A stretch of DNA of 64,000 bases from contig NC_092678.1 of NCBI RefSeq assembly GCF_964355755.1, positions 23,453,365 to 23,517,364 of the forward strand, in the 5' to 3' direction. Of this stretch, positions 11,262 through 26,400 are shown piece after piece. Origin of the DNA: Antedon mediterranea (taxonomy: Eukaryota; Animalia; Echinodermata). The translations under genes and the position numbers were made by a program. Under the pieces are notes generated by a model. That model saw only the letters and a program-made list of their open reading frames with translations. It was not told where the DNA came from and searched no databases. Each line of letters starts with the position of its first letter. Within the stretch, counting starts at the first letter, position 1.

Positions 11262-14200
11262 GTTGATACGGTAGGTTGCTAAGATTCGACGATTGGTACG
11301 ATGATGTTATCTTGACGAAGTCAGGAACTGTGTGATGAATGTTGCATTTTACTGTCCATTTTATAGAAAATTTTCGAAGGGCAAATATTATTTGTTGTCT
11401 ACAAACACACAAACATAATAAACAAACGTATTTGAAACTATTGTTATTAATTAATATAGTTAATATTCGTGTTTCAAACATCACAAAGCATGGATTGTAC
11501 GACCGTGGACATATAAATGATTATATTGTATCGTTCTTACCTGACGTAATCTTGTTTTAGAATTGTTTGTATTTAATAAATAATCGCACATAAAACGCGC
11601 CAACTGGAACATAGAAACTCAGGGTCAATGGGATTAATGTATTTTATCCCCGTGACAACCGCGTTTTTTTCCATCTGTTGTTTTGGTCCAATGATTAATT
11701 TTAGTGACTACTGTATATAGAGTTTAAATGCTCGACTTATTTTTTTTATTGTATTATCATCGGAAACAAATTTGGGTGTTTTGGGTACATTCATCTCGGA
11801 ATTATATCGGGATTAGGCCTACGTTTATTCGGATTAATGTGAATTGTTATTCCACCCACAACGGGGTTACAACAACACAAAAAACGGAAGAATTTACAAA
11901 ATAATGAAAACCTATCATTGCACACCGGCTATTTTCAAAATAGAGGACCTATTCTAAGGCTCTCGATTTACAGATTTCTTGCCAGAATAATGAAAAGAAA
12001 ACATAAATTGTTTAATTGTATATAGTATGAATATGTTGGATTCCAGAATTTGTTTTAAATGGAGAGAGGCGATTTTGTTGATGGTTTTTACATATCATGC
12101 TTTGTATTTCTTTTCTTTTTCTTTTGTATTGTATTTATATATCATATGGACAGTTGTCTGAAATAAAAGTTGAATTGAATTAAATTAAATGAATTCGTAT
12201 GCTTAATGAAATTATTATAACGATAGTGCTATCTCTAGTGAATGATTAGTAAACTGTCAGTACAGAAATAGAAACGCACAATTAATAAAAAAGTGGCACT
12301 TTTTCAAATTTAGAACGGAGCTTTCATTTACACCAATAGTTAATTGATCGTAAGGTAATTAATATAGGCCTACTAAAGGCGTTGTACATTGTAATTTCAT
12401 GTAGGATAATTCATTTATAATATTTTGTATTCGATATTTTAAACAACCTATAGATACGTCCATCAATTGATAATATAGTATTAAGTAACCGATTAATATT
12501 GATACAAACCAGTTACAGTTGTTAGTATGTTGTGTATCAATCTTAGAATAGTAGATACGTTCTCACGTAACAATTCAAAAGTGTTGAAACACAGTTCTTC
12601 ATAAATGTTGTTCTTCTAACATCCATTTATAGAAAATTTGCGAAGGGAAAATATAAAAAACATTAAGATTCGTGTGGTGTATTTTAAGCATGGGAGTGTA
12701 CGGCCATGTACAAATCCTTATACAAACTCACTTGATATAATCTATTATTGTTTTTTCCCATAAAATAACTACATACACAAGACAAAGACTATAACATTAA
12801 TGTACAGTAATGTGTTGATGTCGACTAAATTCGGTCAACGATGCGATTAATGTATTTCCTAGTCTGATATCCATCTGTTGTTTTTGATCCAATTAATATG
12901 AACTTTGTAATTATCTTTGATTTAATTATTTTAATATGATATATGACGTAGAAAATATTGGGGTAGACAAAAAGAGAGCGACATACTAATAAACATTTTA
13001 GGTTGAAAAGCAACAGGGGACTAGCATACACAACGTGCGATTAGAAAGGCGCATAATTATATTGCAAAACAATTCTGCCTGACAGAAAATTATGTCATTT
13101 ACGATACAGTTGTTATTAATATTATAGAAGTAAATGTTGGGGTGTTTAAATTGGTGTACTGCACATATGAGGGGAGTTCTAGAGATGATGTTATATTCAA
13201 CGAGCTGTCTAATCTGTAAAGGTCTGTCTACACTATCAAAATATTTTGACAAAATAGTGTGATGTGCCTAAATATGATGTCATATTTTTGTCACATAAAG
13301 TTTGATAGTTTAGACAAAGCTTTAGTGTGAGCTATCAAAAAAGAGATGTCACATTTTTCGCATTAAACAGAATGCAACAATTCAAAATCATGAAAAATTC
13401 AAATCAAATTTACTATATACTTGCATTTATTATATTAATAATCTCATCCTAGATATATAATATATAGAAAAATAATCATAGTTTTACATTTTTTTAAGTA
13501 GATAACTCAGGTAAGCAATTAAATGAAAATGTTACTATGCTTATTCATATTAATTACATTAAAAATAGACTCTATACATTTATAGTACCAGCTATTATCA
13601 CAGCTATAAGCTTCTTATTTATATTCAGTAAAACTGATTAAATTGTACAAATTAGACATGGTTTCATGTCATAGCGTAAATATATATTGTACAGTACTAT
13701 ATTGTAAAAATATATTATATATTATACAAAAATGAAGTACTGTAAACATGGTAGAGAGTTATGTATACAGTTAATAAACAGTCAACCAATCAAATGATAG
13801 TATTGTATGCTAATCTATCACTGTAGCCAATCAAATTGCAGTATTCTAGTATATCACTGTACATACTCTAATACCATGGAGCTAATGTTATAGCTCCACG
13901 CTTCTACAAATTGCATTATACATTAATATTCCTATTGGTTCTCTAAAATCATAAAATATTAAAATAATACTAAAATAAAATGAATATATTTAAGAGTAAA
14001 AATTAAAATGAGTACATATTGTATAATCTTAAAAAAAAGTGATATTTAGCATTATTTTCAGTATCAAGGCCTTATAAAGTATTAAAGATATCTTGCATAT
14101 ATTAGTACTATGACTTGTATAGTGTACTGCCTGAAATACAGTGTATTATTAATATAGTATGCATAACGTATGTTAAAATAACGTAGATTTCTAAAGTGAC

Positions 14201-14452
14201 GGAACGTACAGTAAATGCTTCCAGACTGTAAACATGATAAAAAGTCATGGAAGGCTTAAAATAGCACACATTAGTATTTATTTATTCGAATGAGGCACTT
14301 TTTTTTATTTGGGAGGAGCAGTTATTGGAAGAATTACTTTATCCTCTACAATGTTACTCCATACACAAAAGACTTTAAACAGATTTTAAATACCATATTA
14401 TAATATGTATACATTGGTATATTTATTATTTATTTGTTGTATCTTCAATATG

Positions 14453-17400
14453 TTATAGACTAGTTGCACTGTGCATAGCATCTCTCCATCTACAAAAAAT
14501 AATTAAAATATTATATTAACAACAATAGAATGGGAAATTGATGATTTTAAAAGGCAATGCGTACAGTATATATACCCAAATTATGTAAGCCACAGATTTT
14601 TTACCGTTTTCATAGTAAATATTTTAAATTTGAGGTTATGCAATGTATACATGTATTGCTATTAAAATTGATGTGACCAAAACATTTGTTGTTCCCATAT
14701 GGATATGAAGATGTCATATCACTACCATATTTGGGCACAACAACTTTTTGTTTGTCAAACTAGTTTGTTAGTTTAGACAGAGCTTTCTAAAATATCTTGC
14801 TGATGCTATAACGAATCAAAAACATTATTTTATTAAAAAAAAACATTTTTTATAAAAACTTACTTTTCAGTCGCAACTTTACTCTCGGTTTTGAACATTC
14901 GAATCTGTCGGCCTTGATGGAATAACTGTAGTACAAGTCCAGGCTCTACACCTTCATAATACTAGAAACAACAAAATAAAAAAGTTTAGAAGCGAAAACA
15001 TATTTAATGCAGTAAAGTACAATAGAGAAGCAGAATGAAAACGTGTATTTTGCCTTGAAATAATTATACTAATTGTTCAATATATTAATTATCATTTTGA
15101 TATCATCATTGATTTTGTATCTGTGTGTTTTCTATATATTTATTTTAAGAACGCACCGTGTATGAGCGTGTGCCACTGTTGTAAAGGTGTAGCTTCAATA
15201 ATCTTAGATCCATAAGTTTCCACTAAGTTACATACTCATAAATATGAAATATTAGATACTTCATTCAATCTTTTATTTCGGAAACTCTGGTCCAGAGAAA
15301 GTAAAAAATTACATATAAATGAAATAAAATAAACAAGACTGGTGATAAATACAATCTGTAATACGTACCTCTTTGATGACTTGAATGTCGTATCCTAACA
15401 GCGGCATACTCTCCAGCGCGGCAACGTCTTCGCTAGCCTTGTACGTGTACAGTACTTTATCTTTTATCACGTACCAATACTTCTTCCATTGTTTTTTAGC
15501 TCCTTTCTGGAACAGATAGCCACTCATTGTAATGTTGCACTCATTAGCAGCAACCTGGCGATAACAAAAACAAGATTAAAAGTTAAAAAAAATTATTATT
15601 ACTACATAAACTTTCTAACCCCAAGAACCAGTAGGGCTAGAACAGGCACACCATAAGCCTTGTCCACACTATCAAACTTTATGTGACAACAAATGTGATG
15701 TGTTTATATATGGTAGTAATCATTATCATATCACATTTTTTTGACACATAAAGTCTGATAGTGTAGACAGAGCTTTAGATAGTGGTACACATTCCATGAC
15801 ACTAACACTATCAAACTAGTTTGACAAAAAAAAAGGGGATGTGATGCCCAAATAGTAAGTAGTAATATTCCCAAATATGGTAGTGATATGACATCATCAT
15901 ATCCATATATTGGCACAACAATTTTTTTGTCACATAAAGTTTGATCGTGTAGACAAGACTTTACACTCACTCACCAAACCTTATGTCACAAAAAAATCTG
16001 ATGTGCCCATATATGGCCACGATGATGTCATATCACTACCATATTTGGGCACAACACATTTTTTCGTCACATAAAATTGATATTGACAGAACATTATACT
16101 GAAAGAAAATTCATGGCATGAATACATTTAACACACCTTTTAAACACAACATTTAAATCATGTATAGAATGTGTTTACCTCTTTGAGTGCAGATGGTCTT
16201 GACATCTTGCGGTTTGCTTTTAAGTTTTTCTTTTTTGGTACATGCTTTTTCTTTTTTATTGTTTTATTGATAACTTCATCTTCTTTATCTTCCTCATCGG
16301 GGCACTCTGTAAATAAAATGAAACAAATTAATTGGGATGATGATGATGGTAAAGTTGTGAATTTATCTCTTACTGATACTATTTTTTTTTCTCAAGAAAC
16401 AAGCCCTTCCCATGATACATTAGATGTTTGTTTACAATAATTATGGTTAATTTTAGGTAAATAAAAGAAAAATTAACTAAATTAATTGGGATGGAAAGAA
16501 AGAAATCTAACCTTTTTGAAGAACAGAGTAACACTCGTCACAACATCTAGCCACTTTGCTTGAGAGGTATGACAGAGGTAGCTTGTTATCTGAGCAATTC
16601 CCACATACAACCTGTAAGAAATAAAAATAAAGTTATAATCTTATCAAAAAAACTACATTCTCATCATCTAATTCTCAGTGCTGTATCTCCATACATGACA
16701 ACATTTTCTCGTGTCATAGGCAAATGCCATAATACAGTGTCACATATGTTCACAAGTGGTGCCTGTATTACAGAATGGTAGGTGAATAGATAGGATCTGA
16801 TTCATGCTTTCACATGTGATGCTAAATCATGGAATTTGCCTATGATAGTAGACAAATAATTTCATTTCAGAAACATGACAAATGAATTTAAGCAGGCGTA
16901 CCTTTCCACAGGCCCTACAGTGGTGCCTCCTCCATGTGATGGTGAACTCACAGGTACAGATCATACACATCGTCACACGCCCATCTGGAATCCACACCGG
17001 TGCCTTACGGCCAAGACTCATCAAATTGTTCTCGGTCATCTAAACAAAAATAACAAAATTATTCAATAATTATACTATAATATAGTTGTGAAAATATATG
17101 AAACATAGGATTTGTACCCAAGACTCTGGAATTAGCGGTCAAGCATATTAAGCTATTGTGCCACTACACTACTTCTAAATCTCAATATATATCTTGTAGA
17201 TAGACTCTTTAAATTAGAAAGGGCAAGAAATGAATAACTTGACTCCAGCACACTGCAAAGATTACACTTATCTTCCTGGTGACTTTGTTGTAAATAATGC
17301 ATTTCACGAGATAACCGGTAATGTGAGTGTACCTTACCAGTATACCGCCTGAAATACACTATTAACAACAAACATTATAGCGACAGACAACTTCATCAGC

Positions 17401-20400
17401 TCAGCAGAAATTCCAATTTTACATCTTAGCTCCGAAACTTATAAACAATCATTTAACTATATAGTGACAGACCTTTTGATAAGGTCACAGGCTTCTATAG
17501 GAAGAACCAAGGACTGGAACCCAGGACGTAGTAGTTAGTAAGCAAGTTGAGATTGTACTTACAACTGCATTAGGTCCCATCAGGTTGAATGAACTCTTTT
17601 TCTGAGCATAGTCTGTGATAGCTGTCATAAGGGCTTCTATCCATTCATCTCTTAGCTCTGGTGTACTGAAAAAAAAAACAACATCAATTTATAGAAACTT
17701 TATTTACTCGTATATATACCATTCTGAGATGAGTAGTAGTAATTAGTACAGTCTTTATTTTTAATTCATTTATAAGTAATTTTACTTTCTACATATTCCG
17801 AAATAAAAGATTGAATGAATATATTGATTATTGAACTTTATTTTATAACTTCCTGAATTATTATATTTGCTTTAAAAAGAAAACTAATATTACATTGATA
17901 CATACCTCGCTGAGAGGGTGAACGACCTCTGTACGCTAATGATACTAAACTCATTTTGGAAGTCTTCTTGAACAGGTCTGCTGACCTAAAAAAAAAATAT
18001 AAAACCACGAAATTATATTTTTAGTATTAATATTAGCATTATAGATAAAAATTAAAAAAAAATCCACCGTGATCACAAGACTAAAAAAAATGGTTCTTAT
18101 GGATGTTGCCATTTGATTTTCTTTTATTTGATTTCCACAAATAATACATAATATATTTCTTTATAAATAATTAGTTAGTATAAATTAGTATATATTAGTA
18201 TAAATGTGAATGGTGGTCAAAATAAGTAGACTTTAAGCAGACACCACCATTAGCATTTGAGAGTGGGCCAAAAGCACCTTAAATTGAAAGAAAGTTGATG
18301 ACCGATTGGCTAGCTAGTCTAATTAAGTCTTACCTTCATTCCTGCTAAAGACAACTCATTGTTTAGTTTGAACTGGCCACTTGGATATGGTGTAGTATAC
18401 AATAAACAGTCACTCATCTGTAAACAAATATTACCATATTAAAAACTTATTTTGTTGATTAATAATTAAAATTATAGTATATGTATAAAACTCTGTCTAC
18501 ACTATTAAACTAGTTTGACAAAATTTGTGTACCAAAATATGGTCGTGATATGCCTAAATATGTTAGTTATATGCCCAAATATGGTAGGGGTATGACATCA
18601 TCATGTTCATATATGGGTACATCACATTCAGTTTTATATAAAGTTTGATGGCGTAGACAGAGCTAAAGCCAAAGTAAGTCTTAAATTCTGGCTTTTCAGA
18701 AAATTTAGACTTTTGGCCATCTTTATTTGGAAACTTGGGTGTGTAGAGATTTGAAATAAGAAAAACTTACTAAGTAGAACCTTCTCGGCTGCATCACCTT
18801 TCGCGACAGTTTTTGTAGAATTCCTTCCTTTTTGTAGATCTAAAGAAAACAAATTATTAATAAATAAATTATTATTACAATTTGGATATTTTTAATTAAA
18901 TACTTTTGAATAAAAGAAGTTAAGTATCTAGACAAGTGCGTTGGTTTCAGTATCTATGGCGGTATGACCTTTACCCTACATCTTATTTCCTGCTAGCTGC
19001 CATCGTCGGTGATTATTTTATAAGTATATGCAAGGTATTAGTAGTAGCTACTTCCTTTAGTTTACCCTCTGGGCCAGAAACAGGAAAACACAAAGCATGG
19101 CTGGGTATAGCGTGAATCATACCCAACGTTAACATGTTCGAAATCTAATCAATTAAGTAATTCACACTTATTTCAAAATGTTCACGCAAATAAATAAAAT
19201 CCATTGATTACTGTAAAGACACAGAGCACATTAAACATTATAATTTGAACTTTGAACTCACCCTTCCTGGTTTCACTATCTCATGATTTCCCATAAGGCT
19301 GTGCTGTATTTGAAGTAACTTTTCAAAATTGTCCTATAAGAGAAATACAATTTATGAATATATTAAGTTATATGTTTCGAGCATTTCGATTTTTAGGTGA
19401 AAGCTGATTGGTTTTTTGCCTTTTTATTAACCAGAGCAGCTGAACACCTTGAGTATAAATATGTATAACAATGTCATCATAATGTAGTTAGTATTGTGAA
19501 GAATTAGTCATTTGAAATACTTACACCTTGTCTCATAGTCTCATTTGCATGGTTGGCTACCTCACTCACAATTTTAAGTGCGGCTGTAAAACAATAAATT
19601 AAATCAATACATTTTAAAAATAAAAGGACAAACTAGGTATACTGAAGTTGTATATTTAATTTATGGTATATGAAAGTAGAACTCGTATAAGAGGATATTT
19701 AAGGGATACAAGAGAGTGTCCTCTTAATAGAGATGTCTCCTAAATAGTGTAGTGTTATTCATTGCCACTTATTTGTGTCACAGAAAAGTGTCCTCTTAAT
19801 AGAGATGTCTCCTAAATAGTGTAGTGTTATTCATTGCCACTTATTTGTGTCACAGAAAAGTGTCCTCTTAATAGGGGTGTCTCCTAAATAGTGTAGTGTT
19901 AAACTATTGCCACTTATTCGTGTCACAGAAAGGTGTCCTCTTAATAGAGATGTCTCCTAAATAGTGTAGTGTTAAACCATTGCCACTTATTTGTGTCACA
20001 GAAAGGTATCCTCTTAATAGAGATGTCTCCTAAATAGTGTAGTGTTATTCATTGCCACTTATTTGTGTCACAGAAAAGTGTCCTCTTAATAGGGGTGTCT
20101 TAAAGGAATTCTGCTATTGTTGTAGATTGATAACAAACGAAGTAGTTTTTTCTTTAAAGCTCTGTTTACACTATCAAACTAGTTTAACAAAAAGTGTGAT
20201 GTGCTCGAATATGGTAGAGATATGCCCAAATATGGCAGTAATATGACATTATCATTTCCATATAATGGGCACATCACATTTTGTTGTCACATGATAGTGT
20301 AGACAGAGCTTTAGTTTTTCAGCATCTAAATTTGAATCAGTAACCTTACCTTCTGTATCAGCAAAGTCATTGCTGGCTGGGTTCAATTTCTTGAGGTAGT

Positions 20401-23400
20401 CTGCAAAGAGAAAAATTCAACTTAGTTAAAATATAATCATTATGAAAGTTTACACTGTATTTTAAGTTTAATAAAAGGTTGGCGAGTGGGGTAAAAATAA
20501 CTACATCCAACAGACATACTATATAGTGTACTGCACACACACACACATATATATATATGTATACAGCATTATCACATAATAAGTAATGTTACAAAGTTTT
20601 GTGCGTCAAATCTTGCACAAAGATTGCACATACCTGTTAGAAGCAACTTATACTGTGGTATCCTCTGTATCGGTTTCAGCATGTAGTGCTTGACAGCAAG
20701 ATGCATACAACGTGGGCTAGCCTGTAACAAAACACTATTATTAATAATTCACATCATAATTTATGTAGCCTGTATGCTTTAATGCCTAAACACCAGCAGA
20801 CCTTGACTACTCTTTGAACTAGGATGCTTAGGTCTTGGAGGCATATATCAAAGACTGAGGCTTAAGAAACCTTTAAAAATGTAAGTGTATGATTAAGTGG
20901 ATTAACAGTTTAAAAAGAAATTCATATCTGGGTCTAGCAAGTCCTAGGGCTTGAAATAAACAAAGAGGATTTACTAAGAAAAATGGGTAACTTGCATTAT
21001 AAACTTTTTTCAAAAATGTTTTTACAATGTTATATGAAAGAAAAAAAGAAAGATGCTTTATTTTAAACCTAGTTAAAATTTGCTTGATTCGATTTTTTGA
21101 CTATTCTTAAAGTGACTCATGTGTATTGTAAAAAATGGGAGATTGAGGATTGGTTTTAACATGAAAAATGGCAGAAAATAGTAGGGATAATTTGTTTGCC
21201 AATTGTAGAAGTAAAATATTTATAAATGTTATATCATAATAAATTATGATAATAATATCTATGACTATCTTACCTCAAAATCCCTGACAACTTGCCCGAA
21301 GTAAGAATACTTATTACACGCTTCGTCAAAGATTGTACCAAGTCTCTCAAAGTCGCGGAAGTAAGATGTATAAAGCTTCAGATAAGGACCCTTCTTGAGA
21401 AAGATATCGGCTAATTTTGGATTCTCATCCCTGAAAAATTGATCACAAAGAATATTAATAATTCAGAAACTAATAATAAATTCATAATTATTTATTTAAA
21501 CATAATGTGAGCTGTTAAACATTTTTTGAAATATGGATATTATAAACATATGGCTTTTTTCCACAGGTTGTTTCCAAACCTACATGTATTTCACATAACT
21601 AAATACATAACTTTAGTATTAAGATGTTTTTTACCATTCTTCAATTCTTTTGTCGAGATCTTCCAGTAATGTTTCATTAAACATCTGAAGCTGCGGAAGC
21701 TGTCCAAGAATTTGATCAAGAATTTTTTCGTCAATCACCGGTCTGGACGTGTTGAAGCTGGCGTGCTCTATAGCAGATCGGAAATCCTTCAAAAACAAAT
21801 TTATATTAAAATTATGAAATATATTTACTATGTGTTCTACTGTATGTACAATTAATAATTTTCTTCATATTCCCCAATTTTGTCCAAGTACTCTCACTTG
21901 CACTGATAAAGAGCTAGTGTTGTCCTAAAGCTCTGCTAATTTTTCTGGCTTTATTACTTTATCGTTTTTATTTAGCTTTTTGCTTATTTTATTTTGTATC
22001 TCCATTGAGACCAAACCATTGATCATACCCATAGCATTGTAATTTTTCAGTAATTTGCCTTTTAATGAAAATAATAATTGTATATATATAGGAAAGTCTT
22101 TTTCCTATATTTATGACATAAATAATGGCAAATTTGCGTGCATTCCAATGTTTGGATTATATACACTATACTTTCATATCCATATTACATTGCAATATAA
22201 TTGTAAACAAAGTTTAAGTAATAAAGAATACTGTGCACATTAAATAAGTAATAAATAGAATCAGTATCTGCGATATCCGAATTGATAAAATATAATATTT
22301 ACCTCATTTAATAACTTCAAGACATCAACAAATCTGCAGAATAGTAAGAAATATAACTGTGAATATTTTTATGTAAAATATAATAATGTTTTAGTAAAAT
22401 GTTATTTATTAGTCACTGTTACATAACATTGATAAGATACCACCTAATAAACTAATGCTGGTAGTAAAAAGGATGCTTTAAACTTTAATATTGATTTTTT
22501 TATATTAAACTCGGAAATTGTTTTTAGTTTTTATAGTGTTTGCTGTTAAAAATAGAAATAAAGTATCTACTTAGTAACATAAGCTAATAATAGGAAAAAT
22601 TATATATATCACATATTTTATAGTATATTCATTATTATGTGAAATTTTTTTTTTTTTTGCTGAAAAATGTTGTCAGATAAAAGATGAAAACACTTACACT
22701 CTTTCCGAATCACGAATTTCGTTTGCGACAAGTAAAACTTTGCGTTTGTGTTCTGGCGTCATTTCTACATCCTCTCGCGGCATTTGTTTACCCGATGACG
22801 TCAGTTCACTGATTGGTTCATAATTTCTGTAGCCTTCGCTTTCTTCGCCCGACAACGATCCACCTTCTTCATCTTCGTCGCCGCTACTTTCTGTGAAGTC
22901 TGCACATCCACACTTTCCATCTTCATTCGGGGTGTGACTGCATGCTCTGTAAGTAAAAAAAGTTCATTTTTATTAAGGTATCTTTATTACAACTCTTTAC
23001 TTGTTTATCTTTTAACTTATATATATTGTATGTCATTGTATTTTTATGTGAGCAATTGTGCCTGTCATGAATTTCCGCAAGGACCGAATAAATCTGAATC
23101 TGTTAGATATAGCTATGTGATCAAGTAAAACTACGGTGTTTACTGCATGCTTTATATAAAGTAAACAAAACTATCATATTATATTTGTTGGGAAGCTTAG
23201 ATATAATATCAAGCCAATTTTTGTTGTTGACATTTTTACACAAAATGTTTAGATTTAGTAACTGCATGTTTGTTTTCTTAAAATGTATTCTTTTAAAGAT
23301 GATAAAAAACCATTATGTTAATCACAGATAACATTTATTTGGTTTAAATTATAGTCACCAGGGAAAGAGATTAGTAAATTCAATGGATTTGGATGATATA

Positions 23401-26400
23401 TGTATGGGCTAATCCATACGGTGTGTCTAATCTTTGTACTTTTAGAACTAAACTTAAATTATGAAGTCTCAACTTAAGTCTCCATGCTTAAACATAACAA
23501 AGACATTAATTACAATGTCTAACAAACCAGGATTAAATAAATGCTTAAACATTCAACAGCTGGTCAGCACTGACCAGAGCTGACCACTTGAAAACAATTT
23601 AAGCCCAGCACCAGTCTTTACTATTCAAGGTCTTTTAATTTATTTTCTAATCTATTTAGAATTGATTACATAATGTTACATAATACTGCAACAGATTCTG
23701 AGCATATTTACTATTCATTGATATCACAATGCTATTCAAGGCTATATCTTTGTTAGCTGTTGAATAGCTTTGAATTCTGGGTGGTGGTGGTGGTGAAACT
23801 AAAGACAAATGGCTGTAAGCAATTACTCTGTTACTAATTAATATTTGTAATTAGGTGTATAAACTATTCTAATTCAGAGACTGAAATGATTTTAAAGACA
23901 ATTTATTTATAATAAAGCTGTGATTACTGTATAATTAAGCTACTGGATAAAACACTTAACTTTTTAAATAACGGGCACGATTAGCTAATTTAAAAGTATA
24001 TTTCTTCTGAATGTGTTTTTTAAGTTTAAAAAATGTGGGACCTTTCAGACCTAACAAAAAAAGTTTTGGGAATGTTTTTTAGATTTCAGAAAAAAAATTT
24101 AATATATAAGAAAATGGAGGACAAAATACATTTTAAAATTGTAAATATAATATCACAAAAAAAAAAATGTGACTACAAAGAATATTATTACTACCTTCTC
24201 CACTCGGCAATCCCTCCACTCACTGCCAATGGCCAATCACTTTTGAATAACTTACTGATTAAATACAAATACTAATATATACTATCTTACTATGCATTAC
24301 ACCTTATTATAGTAGAGAGTGTTTTTTAAATGTCAAAGAAGTTAATTTATATATGTTTTTAGTTTAAAATTTAATAATGATTTAACTAAGTAACAGATAT
24401 AATTTTGATATATTAGGTTTCTTTATAAAAACTAATACAATCCAATAAAATGGTTAGTACACTCTGCTTACACTTGGTTGGGTTAAACAATGTAAAAACA
24501 TTCTACAAATTCTTAACTACTTATTAAGTCCTACAACTTTTTTAAATACAAACTATTACAATAAAAACCAACTGACCTCCTGACCAAGGATCTCCTGACA
24601 AATGCTTAGCTGAATGCTAACCCTGTTAATGCAGCCGACTCCAGCTCTTAAATGATACTCTACAATCCTGCCTGCCAGCATGGCCAAGCTGACTGATTAT
24701 GTAATGTTACATAACACACAAACAGGATGGATGATAATCAGTTGTTACCACTGATTACCATTCATGCATACATAAGTGTATAATTTATTCATGGATTCTA
24801 CTGTGTATTTTACTCTGGGTTGTACCATTATATTTAAAATGTGCCAATAGGATTGTGATTGTGTGGGAGGGTTAGGGCATTCAACATTACCATAACAAAA
24901 AGATAAAATCAAATAATGTAAATAACAATACAGTCAATTCTACCAGATAAGATAAGATAAATTTATTGAACAGACTTTCCTTTAAAAATCAAAAAATTAA
25001 ATAAAACAATTTCCAAATACTAGACTTTCGTGAAAACCAGACATACTGTACTTGGCCAGTCTAAAGTTGTCCGGTATTGGGAGAGTTGACAACACAATCT
25101 ATAGCACCAAATCTAATTCACTTAAACTACTTATGATGATTTTGTGAGAATAATAAATTGAATTGAATTAAAAAGAAATGCAATCATAAAATGCAAAGAG
25201 TATGTTATCTAAAAAATGATAATTACTGTCATTATTGTTAATTATTGTTCTAATAGTTAGTAATTGTCTACAGAGATACGTCAATCATTATATTGTACAT
25301 TCACTTTTATTTTCTTAAATTGAGCTGTAATGCATTTCAATATCAAAATTATAGATAGAGTAAAATTTGAGTACAAACTCTATGGTGATTAAAGTACAAA
25401 CAACTTGCTTGCTTCTTGTCTATGTGTGGTGCATAGAGAGGTATACATCTAATATGAAAGTAAATAATACACAAATATGCCTAGAGCTGAGAATGAAGTT
25501 TCACATAAGCTTAGTATGGTATTTCAAAAAACACTAGCCAACATTGTTGAGAATTCTAATTCAAACTTCAAGCTGCTACCAAAGTCAGCGATATCTATGC
25601 CCATGAAACCAACATTATTTTAAGGTAAGCAACTAAGCCTGAATGAGAAGTCTAACTCTGTGAAATTACACTGACGACAATCATGAATTGTATAGACATA
25701 TTGCTAATATCCCTAGCACTTCACAACATAGATACAATATTTGAACCATAGAGTAATCTTTAATCCATGTTTGAAACCAACCTGGTGACTGCAACCAACA
25801 TTTTTAAAGATATTATGCAATTTCCCTAAAAATGTGATGATGTTTTCACTCACCCAAAAACACTAAGTAGAGACTCACTAAAGTCCTCCAGACACAAACT
25901 TACTGTCCAATCATCCAACATTGTTTAACAATTTTTAGAATAATATTTATGAGATAGTGTAAATTCTTCCTTTTCTATTGAAACTGAAACTAGTACTTCA
26001 ATGTATAAATATAACACTTGATAAATAAATTTGGTTGTTAATATATATAACTACTTTGATATTCATGAATTTTACTGATGTTAAATTAAAATTATTGTAT
26101 AATTGAATATCGTATATCCTCTGGTGTAATCCCACCACAACCCTAGAACATTGGGCCGACTTTGGGGGCGGGGGGAATATACCCAGGGAAACATTTTTTT
26201 TCCAAATACTGTATCCTTTATTGATGTTAGTCAACTCATTTAATTTCGTTCCATTGCACTATTTTGAAACATTTTATGAATAAAAAGTGAGCTAGAAAAA
26301 CAGAAATTGTGATTTGGTTAAAAAAATAAATAAATTACCTTGGCACAGAATAGATATTCAACTTTGACATGTCCTCATATCCGTCCTGTTGCTCCGCATC

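Noticed and set aside
24577-24690. Short Met-initiated open segment ([10 protein letters not shown]...) as an alternative FGD first exon
   Set aside because: The donor would be phase 0 whereas the next exon needs phase 2, and there is no other support.
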